Source of the DNA: Dimargaris cristalligena
Lineage: Eukaryota
Assembly (NCBI GenBank): GCA_003614675.1
Contig: ML002246.1
Span: forward strand, 1-59,835
Length of the DNA: 59,835 bases
Direction: 5' to 3'
Position numbers and translations under genes: made by a program. This document shows positions 13,501 through 24,577 of this stretch, in pieces. The stretch's first letter is position 1; each line of letters opens with the position of its first letter. The notes beneath the pieces were generated by a model. It searched no databases and had not been told where the DNA came from. It saw only the letters and a list, made by a program, of their open reading frames with translations.

Positions 13501-15226
13501 AGGCTTGGCTGGAATTAAAAAATGCCGAAGGGGAAAGCAGGGCAGAACCCTGCTCATACACGGATGGATTGAGGGGTAACATCTCAGAGGTTTGGGCCTG
13601 GCCATCATCCTCATTCTCGTCGGCCGCCTCGGGGTCGAACAATTCGCCGTACACGGTACCACGGATCGAGCACTGACGGAACTCCATGACATTCTGGGTC
13701 AAGGTACCGGTCTTGTCGGAGAAGATGTACTGTACTTGGCCCAGGTCGTCCGAGATGTTCCAGGTCTTGGGCATACAGGGCCGGTCGAGTGGGGGGAAAT
13801 ACATATCCAGGTCACAGTAGATAAAGTAGGCCTGGATGGTCTTGACCAACTCGATACTGATGTACAGGGAGATGGGAACGATGTTCTGGAACAGAATAAG
13901 GCCGGACCAAAAGGTCAGAAATCCGACAAAGGCGGCATTGTCCGGGTCGGTATCGAAGTTGGTCTCGAACAACGTCTGGGAAGTCTCAGTTTGGGTGTAT
14001 AGGAATCCGCTAGAAATGGCGCAGAGCAGACACAAGATAAACAGCAGGACGAAGTTCAGGGCCACCTGAGTGTTCATGATCTTTTCGATGCGGCTACGCT
14101 TATTGGGGGTAACGCCACTGTTGAGCACAATCTTGGATTCGGGCCCGGTAAACAAGGCGAGACCGACAACATAGTCGGTATTGCGTAGAATACAGCCACG
14201 TAGAAGGATGTTGTCAATGGTAATGGGTTCAGCCCGGGGGACCTTGGGGAATTCGGGGGACTGGTTGGGGTCCACGCGATGGTTGTTGGTCATGCTACCC
14301 TTGAAACTGTACAGATTGGTATTGGGGGCTTCACAATCCACGGAGATTTCGGTAGAGCGCAGGTCGTCCACCGATTGCCAGGAGCTGGTGGAACCCATGG
14401 CCTGCCGTAGCTTGAGGTTGGTTTCACCGTCTAGGTTTTTGGTTTCAATAAAGCACAGGCCATCCTCGTCACTGGTACTGAGGATGAGTAAGTCGGCCGG
14501 AATATGCTGGTCATTGCGAACTAAGACGAAGTCCCCCACCTGGAGGGACCGCCAAAGAATCTTGGACCACTGGGAGGAGTGGTCCATCTCGCCCCCACCC
14601 ATGGCCAATTTCTCGTGTGAGGCGGCGACCTGGGAGGACCCGGGCGAGTCATCGGCGGGTCGGAGGGTAGATTTGGACCGATTAAGGACCGGGTAGGGCT
14701 GGGGCGCACCAGGTAGGCTGGACTGTACCCGTTGCAGGAAATTGAGTTTCAGGGTAGAACGTCTGGTGTTGAAGTTAGTCCACCTCCGTAGAATGAGGGT
14801 CTCGGCATTATTGACCTCGGCGTCGGACTGGTACCGCTTGTAATCTTCGTAACCGTCCTTGAGGGAGGTGACAAAAATGATAAAGCAGAGGGCTAGGGCA
14901 GACAGTCCGGCGGAGCCTTCGGCCACGGCCGGAATTAACTGCAGAATGATAAGGAATAAGAAGTATTGGTTAGCTACCCGACGGAACTGCTCAAACAGAT
15001 TTTTGGGAAGAAAGGTCAATAGGGTGTATTTGGTGGTGATGACCTCGTTGGGTACATAGGTCCGGAGGGGATTCCCATGGTCGTCCAAGTCCGAGGTGGG
15101 GAGTGGGAGATTGACAAAGAGACGTCGCTCGTAGCCAAGCGAAGCTTGTGCTTCGGTCTTCTCTGGGGAGTCGGCGGGCTTTCTCCGCCCCCACGATAGT
15201 ATCCGATCCCAAATACCGGGGACCAT
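10592..15226 (-). CDS. DNF1: P4-ATPase phospholipid flippase, Dnf1/Dnf2-like (intronless, 1544 aa)
   Basis: DGETNLK actuator motif, PISLY in TM4, WNISDDLGQVQYIFSDKTGTLTQN phosphorylation site, SPDEAALV, LTGDKTETAINIG, AIGDGANDVSMIQ, six C-terminal TM helices and a GFAYS tail motif. Confidence 0.95.
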   Translation of the reverse strand: MVPGIWDRILSWGRRKPADSPEKTEAQASLGYERRLFVNLPLPTSDLDDHGNPLRTYVPNEVITTKYTLLTFLPKNLFEQFRRVANQYFLFLIILQLIPAVAEGSAGLSALALCFIIFVTSLKDGYEDYKRYQSDAEVNNAETLILRRWTNFNTRRSTLKLNFLQRVQSSLPGAPQPYPVLNRSKSTLRPADDSPGSSQVAASHEKLAMGGGEMDHSSQWSKILWRSLQVGDFVLVRNDQHIPADLLILSTSDEDGLCFIETKNLDGETNLKLRQAMGSTSSWQSVDDLRSTEISVDCEAPNTNLYSFKGSMTNNHRVDPNQSPEFPKVPRAEPITIDNILLRGCILRNTDYVVGLALFTGPESKIVLNSGVTPNKRSRIEKIMNTQVALNFVLLFILCLLCAISSGFLYTQTETSQTLFETNFDTDPDNAAFVGFLTFWSGLILFQNIVPISLYISIELVKTIQAYFIYCDLDMYFPPLDRPCMPKTWNISDDLGQVQYIFSDKTGTLTQNVMEFRQCSIRGTVYGELFDPEAADENEDDGQAQTSEMLPLNPSVYEQGSALLSPSAFFNSSQASQDPSTRSGIIDHGNFPPNQTLQVSTSESHLNMSHISVRSPVDPSLPWGSGKPTFDQTKSLMLHDMQAMFDNPYFDHDDVTFVDVKLFRHLAADGGQARAVVEFFTILAVCHSVLAERPDPDNPNKIIYKAQSPDEAALVSAARNSGFTFLGREQDTIRCEFLGRPQQFKLLNVLEFNSTRKRMSVIVQRSDGRIVLFSKGADSIIFQRLRAGQVEVKETTLEHLKYFATTGLRTLCLGYRIIPDEEYDAWAHDYMEACNLLDGREEAIDDVSEKIEHSLTLVGGTAIEDRLQDGVPEAIAQLACAGLKIWVLTGDKTETAINIGFSCNLLHEGMQLIVVTGTDTTSTQTQLQEALDKFGFEQGRIRGPYSGSHSSGGGIHSGLNPSHGVEEEPGLDAEGNNKPLALIIDGESLKYALEPALEKLFLQVAQMCEAVVCCRVSPLQKALVVRCVKQNLKVLCLAIGDGANDVSMIQEADIGVGIAGEEGLQAVLASDYSIAQFRYLQKLLLVHGRWSYIRVANMIMIFFYKNIIWTFALFWFQLWCGFSLTFLFDYALMMFYNLAFTSIPVLVLGVLDQDVAADVSMAVPQLYMGGIKGTEFNMRRFWMHIFDGIYQSLVCVLIPFYVYNLTASAHSSGLDDTELNEVGTIISIGVVCAANLYVALNTMNWTWIIPVVVTLSTLSLSLFLGIYCQLDVSALYHMDVQIYTQGNFYFVLAIVLILCMLPRFFIKFISQTFFPSDADIVREVVHLYSRLYSRPSPTPDSVRDSCRATANGPDREPVGHSAHSLIRKKSAPLSPQCIPLTAPQAMVADTPDSISIHRGTTPPGSHVGLPGLVGYSPHLSHMSPASGGDRRSSVAAYPDDDMGEQSDPALINQLRRMSTITSLHPSIRRQRTTKHRGPFRSAMHKLKEKTLYFMKSGKSQPNTGFAYSQHHQSSLSIRYSYAPSVRSMNRSNPSSGDRPSAPRL

Positions 15227-18200
15227 TGGGTAAGGATAAAAAAATGGACAATACTACGAGGAAATATTTAAAGAGAGGAAAATAGGAGCGTCGGCACAGA
15301 GAGCTCTAAGTTTTAGACAATAAGGGGGGAGGGTGAACGTGGACCCCGCTCAAGGGGTGGGTGAGTCGTTAAAGAAACGTTGGCAAATAGAGGGAAGCGG
15401 ACTCGATGAAGTCGAATAGCGGCACTAGAAGGTACAGTGAATAAGGAGTAAGTTAAATATCGGAAAGGGCATACGCTGATAAGTTTTCTAAAACAATACT
15501 TCTCGTGACGGAGTCAGAGAGCTCAAAACGGTGAATGGACGCGAATAAAGGAGGGGGTAGTTTGACAAGACAAAAATAAAGACACGAAAGTATTGGCGGG
15601 GTCTAATAAGACACCAATTGGTCCGAGTTCCGGACTGGAGAGGAGCGAGTTGTGCGGGGCAGGGGGGGGATAAGTAAAAGGAAAGGAAAGAAAAGGAGGC
15701 CAGACTAGAAAACAGCTAGGGGACACGCCGGGGGGGAGCCAGGCAGATGCATTAACCTTGCAGAGGGGAAGCGGCGTTGGAACAGTGGGGACTGAGGGGA
15801 GTGGTGGCGGGGCTGAATGAAGGGGGAGAAAATTAAGTTGACCAGAAAAGGATGGGTCAGAAACAAAGGGGAGAAATAGAGAGTAAGTCAGTCGGTCAGA
15901 TAGGCCGCCAGGAATATACAGAATATACGGTAGGGAAGGACAGAGGGGAGCGTGGCTCGGGTTGCACAAATCGTCTGAGCAAGGCAATATCACAATACAA
16001 CTCAAATAGAAACAAAAGGGAAAAGTCGCAAGAGAGCGGGAGGGGGCACCTTTAAAAAGGAGTCTCCAGGTAGGCGCATATACTGTTGCCTCGCGGAGTT
16101 TCAACTACACTCCAGAGGGGGGCTGACGTAATCGACGGACCAAAAGGCTGACCGTGAAAGCGCATATATTGAACGCCACCGCCAAGAGGGAAGGGGAGCG
16201 AAGAAGGGTGAGGAGCTAGTTAAGTAGGACCGACGGAGGGTAAGCTGGGGGGGAACGTGGACGAGACTCAGGGACAGCAGCAATGAGCGACTAAAGTAAA
16301 GCGGACAAGGTACTAGTGGAATCAAAGGGAATTAAAGATAGGGTCACGGTAATAGAGGGGTATGTGGATGAGATAAAGTGGGAAGCGGCGAGGTCCAGAC
16401 CGGGGCACAGTCGGGGGCGATATTGCAGCAACGGTTCATAGATATAAATAGACAAAGACTGGGCAGGTCATCTACGAGGTACAGAAAGAAAGGGCATATA
16501 CAGTAGATGAGCGAACATAAAGGTAGGACAACCAACACAAAAAGGATGCTCGAGGCAAAGTCATTAGGGAGCGAAATCGCAGCCGTGGAGTTGGGAGACC
16601 ACTAGTCTATATATAGGTACTTTTACTATTACTAGTGGTGGTAGTGGTAAGCCACACGGGGTGGATGGGATGAAGCCAATCTACGCGGTACATTAATATA
16701 CAGGTAATGCTCACAAAGAAAGCCAGGATTCAAGGACGGGCCCGGGCTGAGCCACTAATTGAAGAGCAGCGAGGGAGCACCCAAGGCCAGGGCAATCCGA
16801 GGCCTCCTTCCTTCCCCACCAACAACGAAGCAGGGCACTTGGCGGGCTTGGGTGCAGTATTCCGCCCAGAGGCCTACGTAGAAAGAATAAAGAGGTATGG
16901 GCCAGTCTCCTCCCTTGTGCAGCGAGATGTTGTGTCCCACCCTGTAGCTGAAGTGGTTGGGCATATTCACGTTTAACAAGAATAGCGCGGCACTGTTCCT
17001 CCCGTTCCGCAAGCAGGGCAGCGGCAAAAGTCTCCGCCCATTGGCTTCGGCAAATTCACGTTTGCAGCGGCAGCAGTAAACCGGAACGAAGGAGGTCGCT
17101 CGTTCTTGGCCGTGGTTTTCTTGGCCCCGTTTTTGCCCCTTCGACTCACAGGCACCCACCCGCGAATAAAAAGGCAATCTATAGAAAATAGAATTCGGCC
17201 CGGACTGAATGGACAAATTGGCCGAGTAAATATGGAAACCGCCCAGGACACCTCCAAATACCTCACCCCGTCGTCGCTGTTGGCCAGCGTAATCCCCTTA
17301 GGAATGGCCTAGTAATGGGATTTCCCACTACTCCTTGGGCTAACTCTAATCATTCGGTCCCTTTTGGGCCAATGGATGCAACTCAAAGGCAATCGGTCCA
17401 AACACCAACGCACTGGCGGGCCTTTTCCACCAATACCGTGGATACTGTTTCGCACACACTTCAACCGACCCACCACCACCACCACAAAGGCGGTTTTATG
17501 GGACTACTTGGCATTTATATTCTAACCCATGCATTAGAAACATTCCTAATCAGTGGCTATAGAACAGACCCATACACACACGTATATATATATACTCCTC
17601 CGGGTTAAACTTTGGCCGGGTCCGAATGGGGGATTTTTATCATAGCAGTGTGGACAACTCGGCCGTTATCAATCCATTCCCATCCACTTTGGTCTATCAG
17701 GCGACGCAGCGCCGTGAGTCCGTTTCCTTCTACAGCCAAGGTGAGGCCAGATGGGTTAATCAGAATCCAGCTGGTCTTGTTAATTACCCATATCCCATAT
17801 CCATAATTCGCTCTTGTCCGCTAGATTCGGCAGCTGGTGTTCGCGGCCTGTTGATCGGATGGAGTGGAGATTAGCCTAGGTAGAGCTCCCCTCTGGTGTA
17901 TTTCTGCCTTCTCATCAGGTACTGACACCGCCTAGTTGTTGTGGCAATTGGGAGGTAGGTCCAGCAACAATCTGCTCCATTGTTATGGTGATATCTCTGA
18001 ATATACCCAAAGCCGCCGCTTGGAACGACGTGGTTAATTCAGGTGGTACGTAATGGTCGGTCCTCTGCCACTCCATCTAGAAGTTAGCCATCCTTACTAC
18101 GCCCCCGCTCCACTTTTAGTTGCCAAGCACACTACAAAAGGGACATCTGTTCTTCGTCTTCTTTGCTAAGGTCCCTTCGTCGTCTACCCCTCTTGGCGTT

Positions 18201-19290
18201 TCACCATTCATAGTAGCCGCAGTGTCACCACCCAAGCAACCATCATAACGTTCACAGTTCCAAGTTGGTCATCACGAGTAACTGAATCTTTCCAGAACTC
18301 CTATCCGTCGACGCCTTCTTGGCTGGCAGGGGGCTCTATACGTACTCCCTTTTTTACTAAAAACCAATATTCACGGAGCACATACATACATTGTCAGCTA
18401 CTGGCCGATTTACCTTGCTAATTATTCTCACTGCTGTGCAGGTCCCTCGCCCTTTTTTGACTCCCCCTCCTCTGTGCCTCCATCATTATTATCATCTGAG
18501 CCTTACTTGTTAAGATCAAGTCTTTGGGCCCTACCACATCACAACTCTCCCCACAGTTGTGTAGGCCTAATTACTATTCTCCCCCATTGGCCACGGGGTC
18601 CGCCCTCCCAGCTCGTGTGAGAACACGCCTCCCCTTTGCCCCTCATTTCGTAAAACTTCGACTTAATTGGCGTGGCTATTAGTATTCCCAGTGAATGCCA
18701 GGAGCGGGAAGTAAACACCCACTAACCCTAAAAATACACCCACCCACTGTCCATCGCCATCCTAATTCACCTCTGTCCACAGAGGATTAACCTAAATAGA
18801 TGTGCCAATGGATCCCCCCACCTACTTGGCAAATTAGTGGTATCCCCGATAATTTGATAGCCCTCGCTTTTCTTTACCCAACCCCCCTCCTCTCTCTCGA
18901 ATATTTCTCATTGGCCACAGTGGAATATCCTATTTTGTCTATTACGCTTCGACCGGCCTGTAATCGCCGCAGTGGTTTTAAAGATACCGCTGGACTAATC
19001 GACTATTAACTGCCAAAAAAACTAATATATACAATTAGCCCAGAGAAATAGCCGCCCGTGAAAAAGCCAATCCCCTCAGTTACTAAATATGGGCATTGCT
19101 AAGCGATGGGCTTAAATAATGCAATGCTTGATGGCGGATTTCAATGGAAATCCGTACACCAGAGCGATAGCCCCAATACACCCTTTTCACTATTCAACTG
19201 AGTGGGTTCCACCAAATGCCTTTTTTTTTTTACGTGCAACAACAGATATCGTGCTCAATAAATCGAACTAAATAGCTTATAATTATGTAT

Positions 19291-19292
<2 letters not shown>

Positions 19293-19320
<28 letters not shown>
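19293..19320. repeat. (TA)n microsatellite
   Basis: Direct reading of the sequence. Confidence 0.9.
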
Positions 19321-19329
<9 letters not shown>

Positions 19330-22229
19330 ATCTAGAAAACTGGTGTCATGTGGGTATGCTGCCCGGGTTATATTGCTTGGCCCTTAGAGGGTTACGTGCG
19401 TAAACAGCATTACTAGGCAAAAGGGGCGATTGACTGCAATCTATGCAAGCCACTACCTCGACAAGGTGCTGGATACATTTTGATCAAACTGTGGCCAGTT
19501 GGTGAAGTAACAGTCAACTGTCTGCCCCAGTACTCGTCTTAGCAGTGCCGCATTTGAATCGAGTACTTTCACTAACATAGTCGATGGCCACCAGTGGTTG
19601 CTCATGCTGTCAAAGACTCTGCTCGAATACACATACCCCGATAATAACTTTTAGAGGGAGGATAAACACGAACAAGGGGTGAGGCCGACCTCAATGAATG
19701 GCAACGGTATGGTGGATGATGGAAATCAGTCAACCCATGTTGCAGCCATGATGGTTGGTGAATTGGAAAAATAGTTGAGATTAACGCTTCATAGTGGTAA
19801 TATACACCAGGAGAAAAATAACCAGTATCTAGAGTAGGGGGCGATTTATTACTGTGAATGTATCCCGGGAATCTAGACTACCCACCTGAAGAAATACTAG
19901 GCAATGACGATAAACCGAAGAGCCTGGTAGACATTAGAAGAATATTTCCAATAGGACTACATTAGAACCGAATATTATGACATAATTACTCCCTAAGTGG
20001 AAAATGTACGTCACAGCCTTCGTGATGGTACATAATACGCCCTTTGACTACAGGATCCCAGGGGAAAAACAGGGGGGGAGTGGCGCGTTCGCCTATAATT
20101 TTATCATACTGGGCCTCATTTATTAAGTAAAGAACACTTTACGCCCTCTATGCCAAATCATACTCTATCCATTGGAAGGAATGGCTATATTTGGCACGAA
20201 CCCAGGCTCCCCATCAATATTGCCCGTAGACGCCATTGTAGAGCCGGAGCCTAGCCCTATTTCTAGAATCGGGAATGGTCGAATTCTTACCATTTTATCG
20301 GCCGAATAAGCATTTGATAAGTGCCTCCGTCGAGTCCGGGTATGAGTCTCACTGATTCCGAAAGAACTGCAGCCGCAACCCCCGAATGCTCTCAAGGGTA
20401 GGTAACAGCTTTTTGTCATAGCATAGGCTTGGGTTTGATTAAGCGGGCAGTTTCATCAACCTGCATAGTAAAATAGGGAACGCGCCGACTTAAAACTGCG
20501 GCAAATAAGACACATGCTTCATATACGCCGAAAAGGGTCACTGAGGGGTCCTATCCACCGTATTTCAATTAATCGGGTTGACTTTACGAATGTTTCCACC
20601 AGGCCAACCAATATAAGAAACCTCGAGTCGGTATCACAAAACCATACATCCAACCGCCCGTTTCTGGCGATCTCCCGAAGGGCGGATTCTAAACTCAATT
20701 ATTACACTGTCCAATTACTAAGATAAACCCGGAGGCCATGCCAATTAAAATATAAAAAATAATTGATTACTACAAATAGTCTAGTCAGCCAATTTCCCAT
20801 TAATCTTTGCGGGTCGGCGAACTTGCTTTAACCAAAAAAAAAACCCTGGCTAGATTAGTATGGGTAACTAACATAAGTGACATCCCTAAAATAATATACT
20901 CCTCCGGCTTTTATGAGACATGTATTTTAAAGGTGTAATAGGTCAGTGTGTCACTATAGGCCCGCCTGCCATTGTTGGATTTCGACTACTGTCTAGGGAC
21001 GGGGGATTGATGTGCAAATAAAATGGCTTGGCGATTTTCATTGACGAGGTGATGCAAGAAAGACGATGGTTGGCCTGCCTGAAGCGGAAGGATCTCTGGT
21101 GTCGATGCGCTCCGTAGTAGTGGTAACTTGATAGGCCTGATCTACAACTGTTTACCTTCTTTATGTTGGGAGTGGAAGGAAAACAGTATCCGTCGCTAAC
21201 CATAATATGGCCCCGGCATTATTCGGTGGAAAAGCAGTTAGTCTATCATGTAAGCACTAGAAGATGCACATACTAAGGTGAACAGTCCAGCGTCAATAAT
21301 AGTACTATTTTATTTATAATGTCCCCCCAGAATTCGAACAGATGTATAAGTTTGGCCGACGGAGACAGTCCCCCACTTATTACTGCAGTTGCCCCGAAAT
21401 TAAAGCCCGCCCACCTTATCGGTATTTTAAATACCCTGGGAAGTCGCGCGCGTGGTCTCCTTGGCAAAACATACCCATCACATGCTCATAGATAGACCTA
21501 TGGGATTATCTTCTTTATTGAATGTTGACCGCTCATCGCCAGACACCGCGGATGAATACGCTAGATATTCGTAGGTTGGCGCCGGGCTGATCGCGCCTCC
21601 ATCTCTGCGACTATCTTTAGATTTGCCCCCAAAAACTTGTTCGATAGGGTCGATGTAATGGGAAATCCCGGTAGCTAATATTCAATGTAATCGACAGTGG
21701 GCTCTCATATGGCATGGCCGGTCCATCTCGTAAGTCGATTCCTTCATTCATGAAATCGACGCCAGCGAGGACTTGGCTTATTACAGATTAGAGTCTAGAG
21801 TGGCATGCATCGTTATAATGATTAGTTAATGGCCCCAAATAAGCGGCAGTGAGCGACCAGGAGAGTCTCCGCCTACGATAAACTGCAACCCACTTGGTTA
21901 TTACCTTATTACATCTTCTGATGACCCGTTCCCCGTATTGAATATATTCATCAGGCATATATAGTACACTCTATCCCAGTTTAGATCCCGGACCCATCCA
22001 ATAAATTGCTATTGGACCAAACGCTATTTCCTCGAGTCACACCTCCCACTTCCTCAGAGCGCCCAGCTGTTACTGTGAGCGGTGAAATGCCAGCGAAAAT
22101 AATACATATGGCGCATGTTACAGGAGGGGGTATTTCGGCCATACCACAAGTATATACTAATTCAAAATTGTTGATCGATTCATATTTCTTCACAGCTGCA
22201 CCTATACGATAAACCGCCTGTTTACCCAT

Positions 22230-23390
22230 ACGCAACGACTACGGGTGATTGGTAATTCCCAAAGTATTTTGTCATTTTTGGTCAATTCCAGTGTATACTT
22301 CAATGCCAAAGCCGCCGATGCCATCACCACTCTGATACAGTGGGACCATATTTCAACGCCAGTTTCTGCGTAGCCCAGTTAAATCACCAAGGTCATCTCG
22401 AAACGATGGATTCCCGGAGCGAATTTCTCCCAGAGACTGGGTGCGTGTAGTCGCCTGAGATAAGTCCTACCTGTAGGTGGCAGTGTTCAAGCACAAGCAA
22501 AGTCACGGGTAAGAGGGTATTCTCACCCAAGGCTGGGGCAAGAAATGCGCCCCAATAATCGTTGATATCCCGGCTCCATTCTGAGTATTGCGTAATTTCT
22601 CGTACTAGAGAGGAACCGCAGTCTCCGTCATCCCCTGGGCATTGCCATAAACTATAGTCAAAATAATCAGTATATGATGGGCTGCGCTACCATAGAAAGC
22701 TGTCGCTTGTCAAACTCCATCGAGGTTGTTGGCGACTTGTACCTCGGACTGGGTTAGAAGCTCCCGCAGTTTTTGATACATTGTAAGTCTTGGAGAAGTG
22801 CTGCTGAGAATGGAAGGAGTAGGGCTGCTGTTCCCAACAGTGGCGGTGTAGATGAACCGGAACGGTATAAATAACTGTATTTCGAAAAAGAGTTTCCTCG
22901 GGTTTGGAATGATTTCCCTATACCTGCTGGGGATGGTTTCACTATGATCCTGAAGTAACTGGATCAAGCGGTTATGCCAACTGCCATTTAGGTTATCCTC
23001 ACCTACGTTTCCGTCGGCTACCATGGCAAAGAGATCGGCGAGTGAACCAGGGACAACTGTAGATGCCAGTAGAAAAAGGTATCTGGTTGTTAATAAAGGT
23101 CCGACGCACTAAAGAGCAGCGTCTCGAATCACCGGGTTATTAGCAGTTGGGCACTTGGCTGGTAGTGATGTGTAAGGCCTACCAAAGTCAAGTGTTATAT
23201 ATCTGAGTGTACATCCATTACATGGTGCGATAGTCTCGAAACAGGATTAGGATCGCTTGATGAACTCGTGGGGTTGGGATCGGTAAGGAGAAATCCAAAG
23301 TGATGGTGTATTCAATTTCGATATTCATGGCAGATCCCCTCATCCACTGTGGACAATACGCCATCCCAGATAGCTATTGTCTGACCATCT
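22230..23390 (-). pseudogene. Decayed NRPS condensation-domain relic (frameshifts and stops); may extend to ~20.2 kb
   Basis: Manual minus-strand translation across frames gives, in correct order and spacing: GQTIAIW..SAMNIEIEYTITLDFS..RVHQAILILFRDYRTM (cf. AQxRLW..SAYNI..RL..AL..L..RHxxLRT), TDYFDYSLWQ (cf. QYADYAxWQ), DYWGAFL..LLPVT (cf. YWxxxL..LPTD) and QKLALKYGPTV/VVMASAALAL..KILWELPITRSR (cf. LARxxGxT..VLLAAxxxLL..IVIGxPVxGR). No intact HHxxxDG was found in this span. Confidence 0.5.
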
Positions 23391-24577
23391 ATTCCCGTAT
23401 AATTGGTATAGAAATATCACGGATTGATGTGAAGGGTTTCAAAAGTACCGGAACCGCCAGGCTGGCCGTTTACCTGCGTAAGTCCAGGTGCCTTGAAATA
23501 TCTGGATTCTACCAGTAAATTCGGTTAGACTTGTAACTAGGTTGGCATTCACTACCATCAGATTGATCATGGCCGCATCAACCTGGTCCAATGTGCTCTC
23601 GCAATTAGATAATGCAGCATCCGCTCATGATAGGTATAGCTTTGCAGTGTGTGGGTGTGGCAATAAGAGGATTGCGTAGATAATATGGCACATATCGGCT
23701 CTGCCTAAAATCGCGTGTTGCTGGGGATTCGACGAAAACTATACTCTACTATTTGGGGTCATTAAATCCAGCAAAGCACATGCTGGGTATTGGGACCATG
23801 GTGGTAATGTGACCCCCTAAAATTCCCAGGATAAACCATCCAACACCAATACAGACTCGAGTTCACTGATATTTTAGTTCAAAATAGAGAAGAACTCCGC
23901 CAATAAGCGCCATATTAACGGTAGGCCGGGGCATAGGACCAAACGTATACTATAAAGACATGCCTTTTGAATGGAAGGAACGTGATATGAATGGAATATG
24001 GTAGTTAACTTGACGGTGGTTTCTCTCTAAAACTGCACAACCACGCCACCATTCCCACTTCCATATATATATATTACGCGTTGAGTGTCGACAGGGCTGC
24101 TACAGTTCACGGTATTGCAGCAGCGTCCTTGGGCTGGCAAAAGGACGAGTAGAGAATACTAAAGCAAACTAAGAACAGGGGGGTTATGGCTGGGAAATTG
24201 CCCCTAATAAAAGGATAGCACCGGACGGGGACAATAAAGCCAGCTGTAAAGCTGAGAGGACCCGCACATTCAACACCCACAGTGCCCCTTGCCAGCATTA
24301 TATATATATATTTTTTGCTAGTAAAATTCTTGACCCTGGCAAAGCATCCCTTCCCTCGCAAACCCGTTTTATTGACATTCCGCCTGCTTCATTTATTCTC
24401 TCTCTCGACCAATTTTTACCTTCACAGTGTGGACATTCCCCTCCTCCGAACAGAAGAAGCCGCTTACTATATTTTTAATTTCATTATATTTTTTTAAAAA
24501 GATACAATTCATTGGTACTATTATTACCCTTTCCACCGGTACTTCTACCCCGCCAAGCACTGCATTGTTCCCCTAGC

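Noticed and set aside
10802-15059. Many long + strand ORFs (up to 264 aa) overlapping the flippase
   Set aside because: These are antisense shadows of a GC3-rich CDS with no recognisable motifs.
17880-17935. Minus-strand GTC..CTGATGAG..GAAA hammerhead-like arrangement
   Set aside because: Stem II lacks the closing G-C pair and stem I is essentially absent.
15300-19000. Short ORFs upstream of the flippase (e.g. 15523-16104, 16755-17216)
   Set aside because: They are low-complexity translations of purine/pyrimidine-skewed 5' UTR, intron or promoter DNA, with no domain motifs or consistent splice model.
22600-22660. Frame reading YGNAQGMTETAV, resembling the NRPS adenylation A5 motif
   Set aside because: It overlaps, in another frame, the better-supported condensation motif YFDYSLWQ, so it is likely coincidental.
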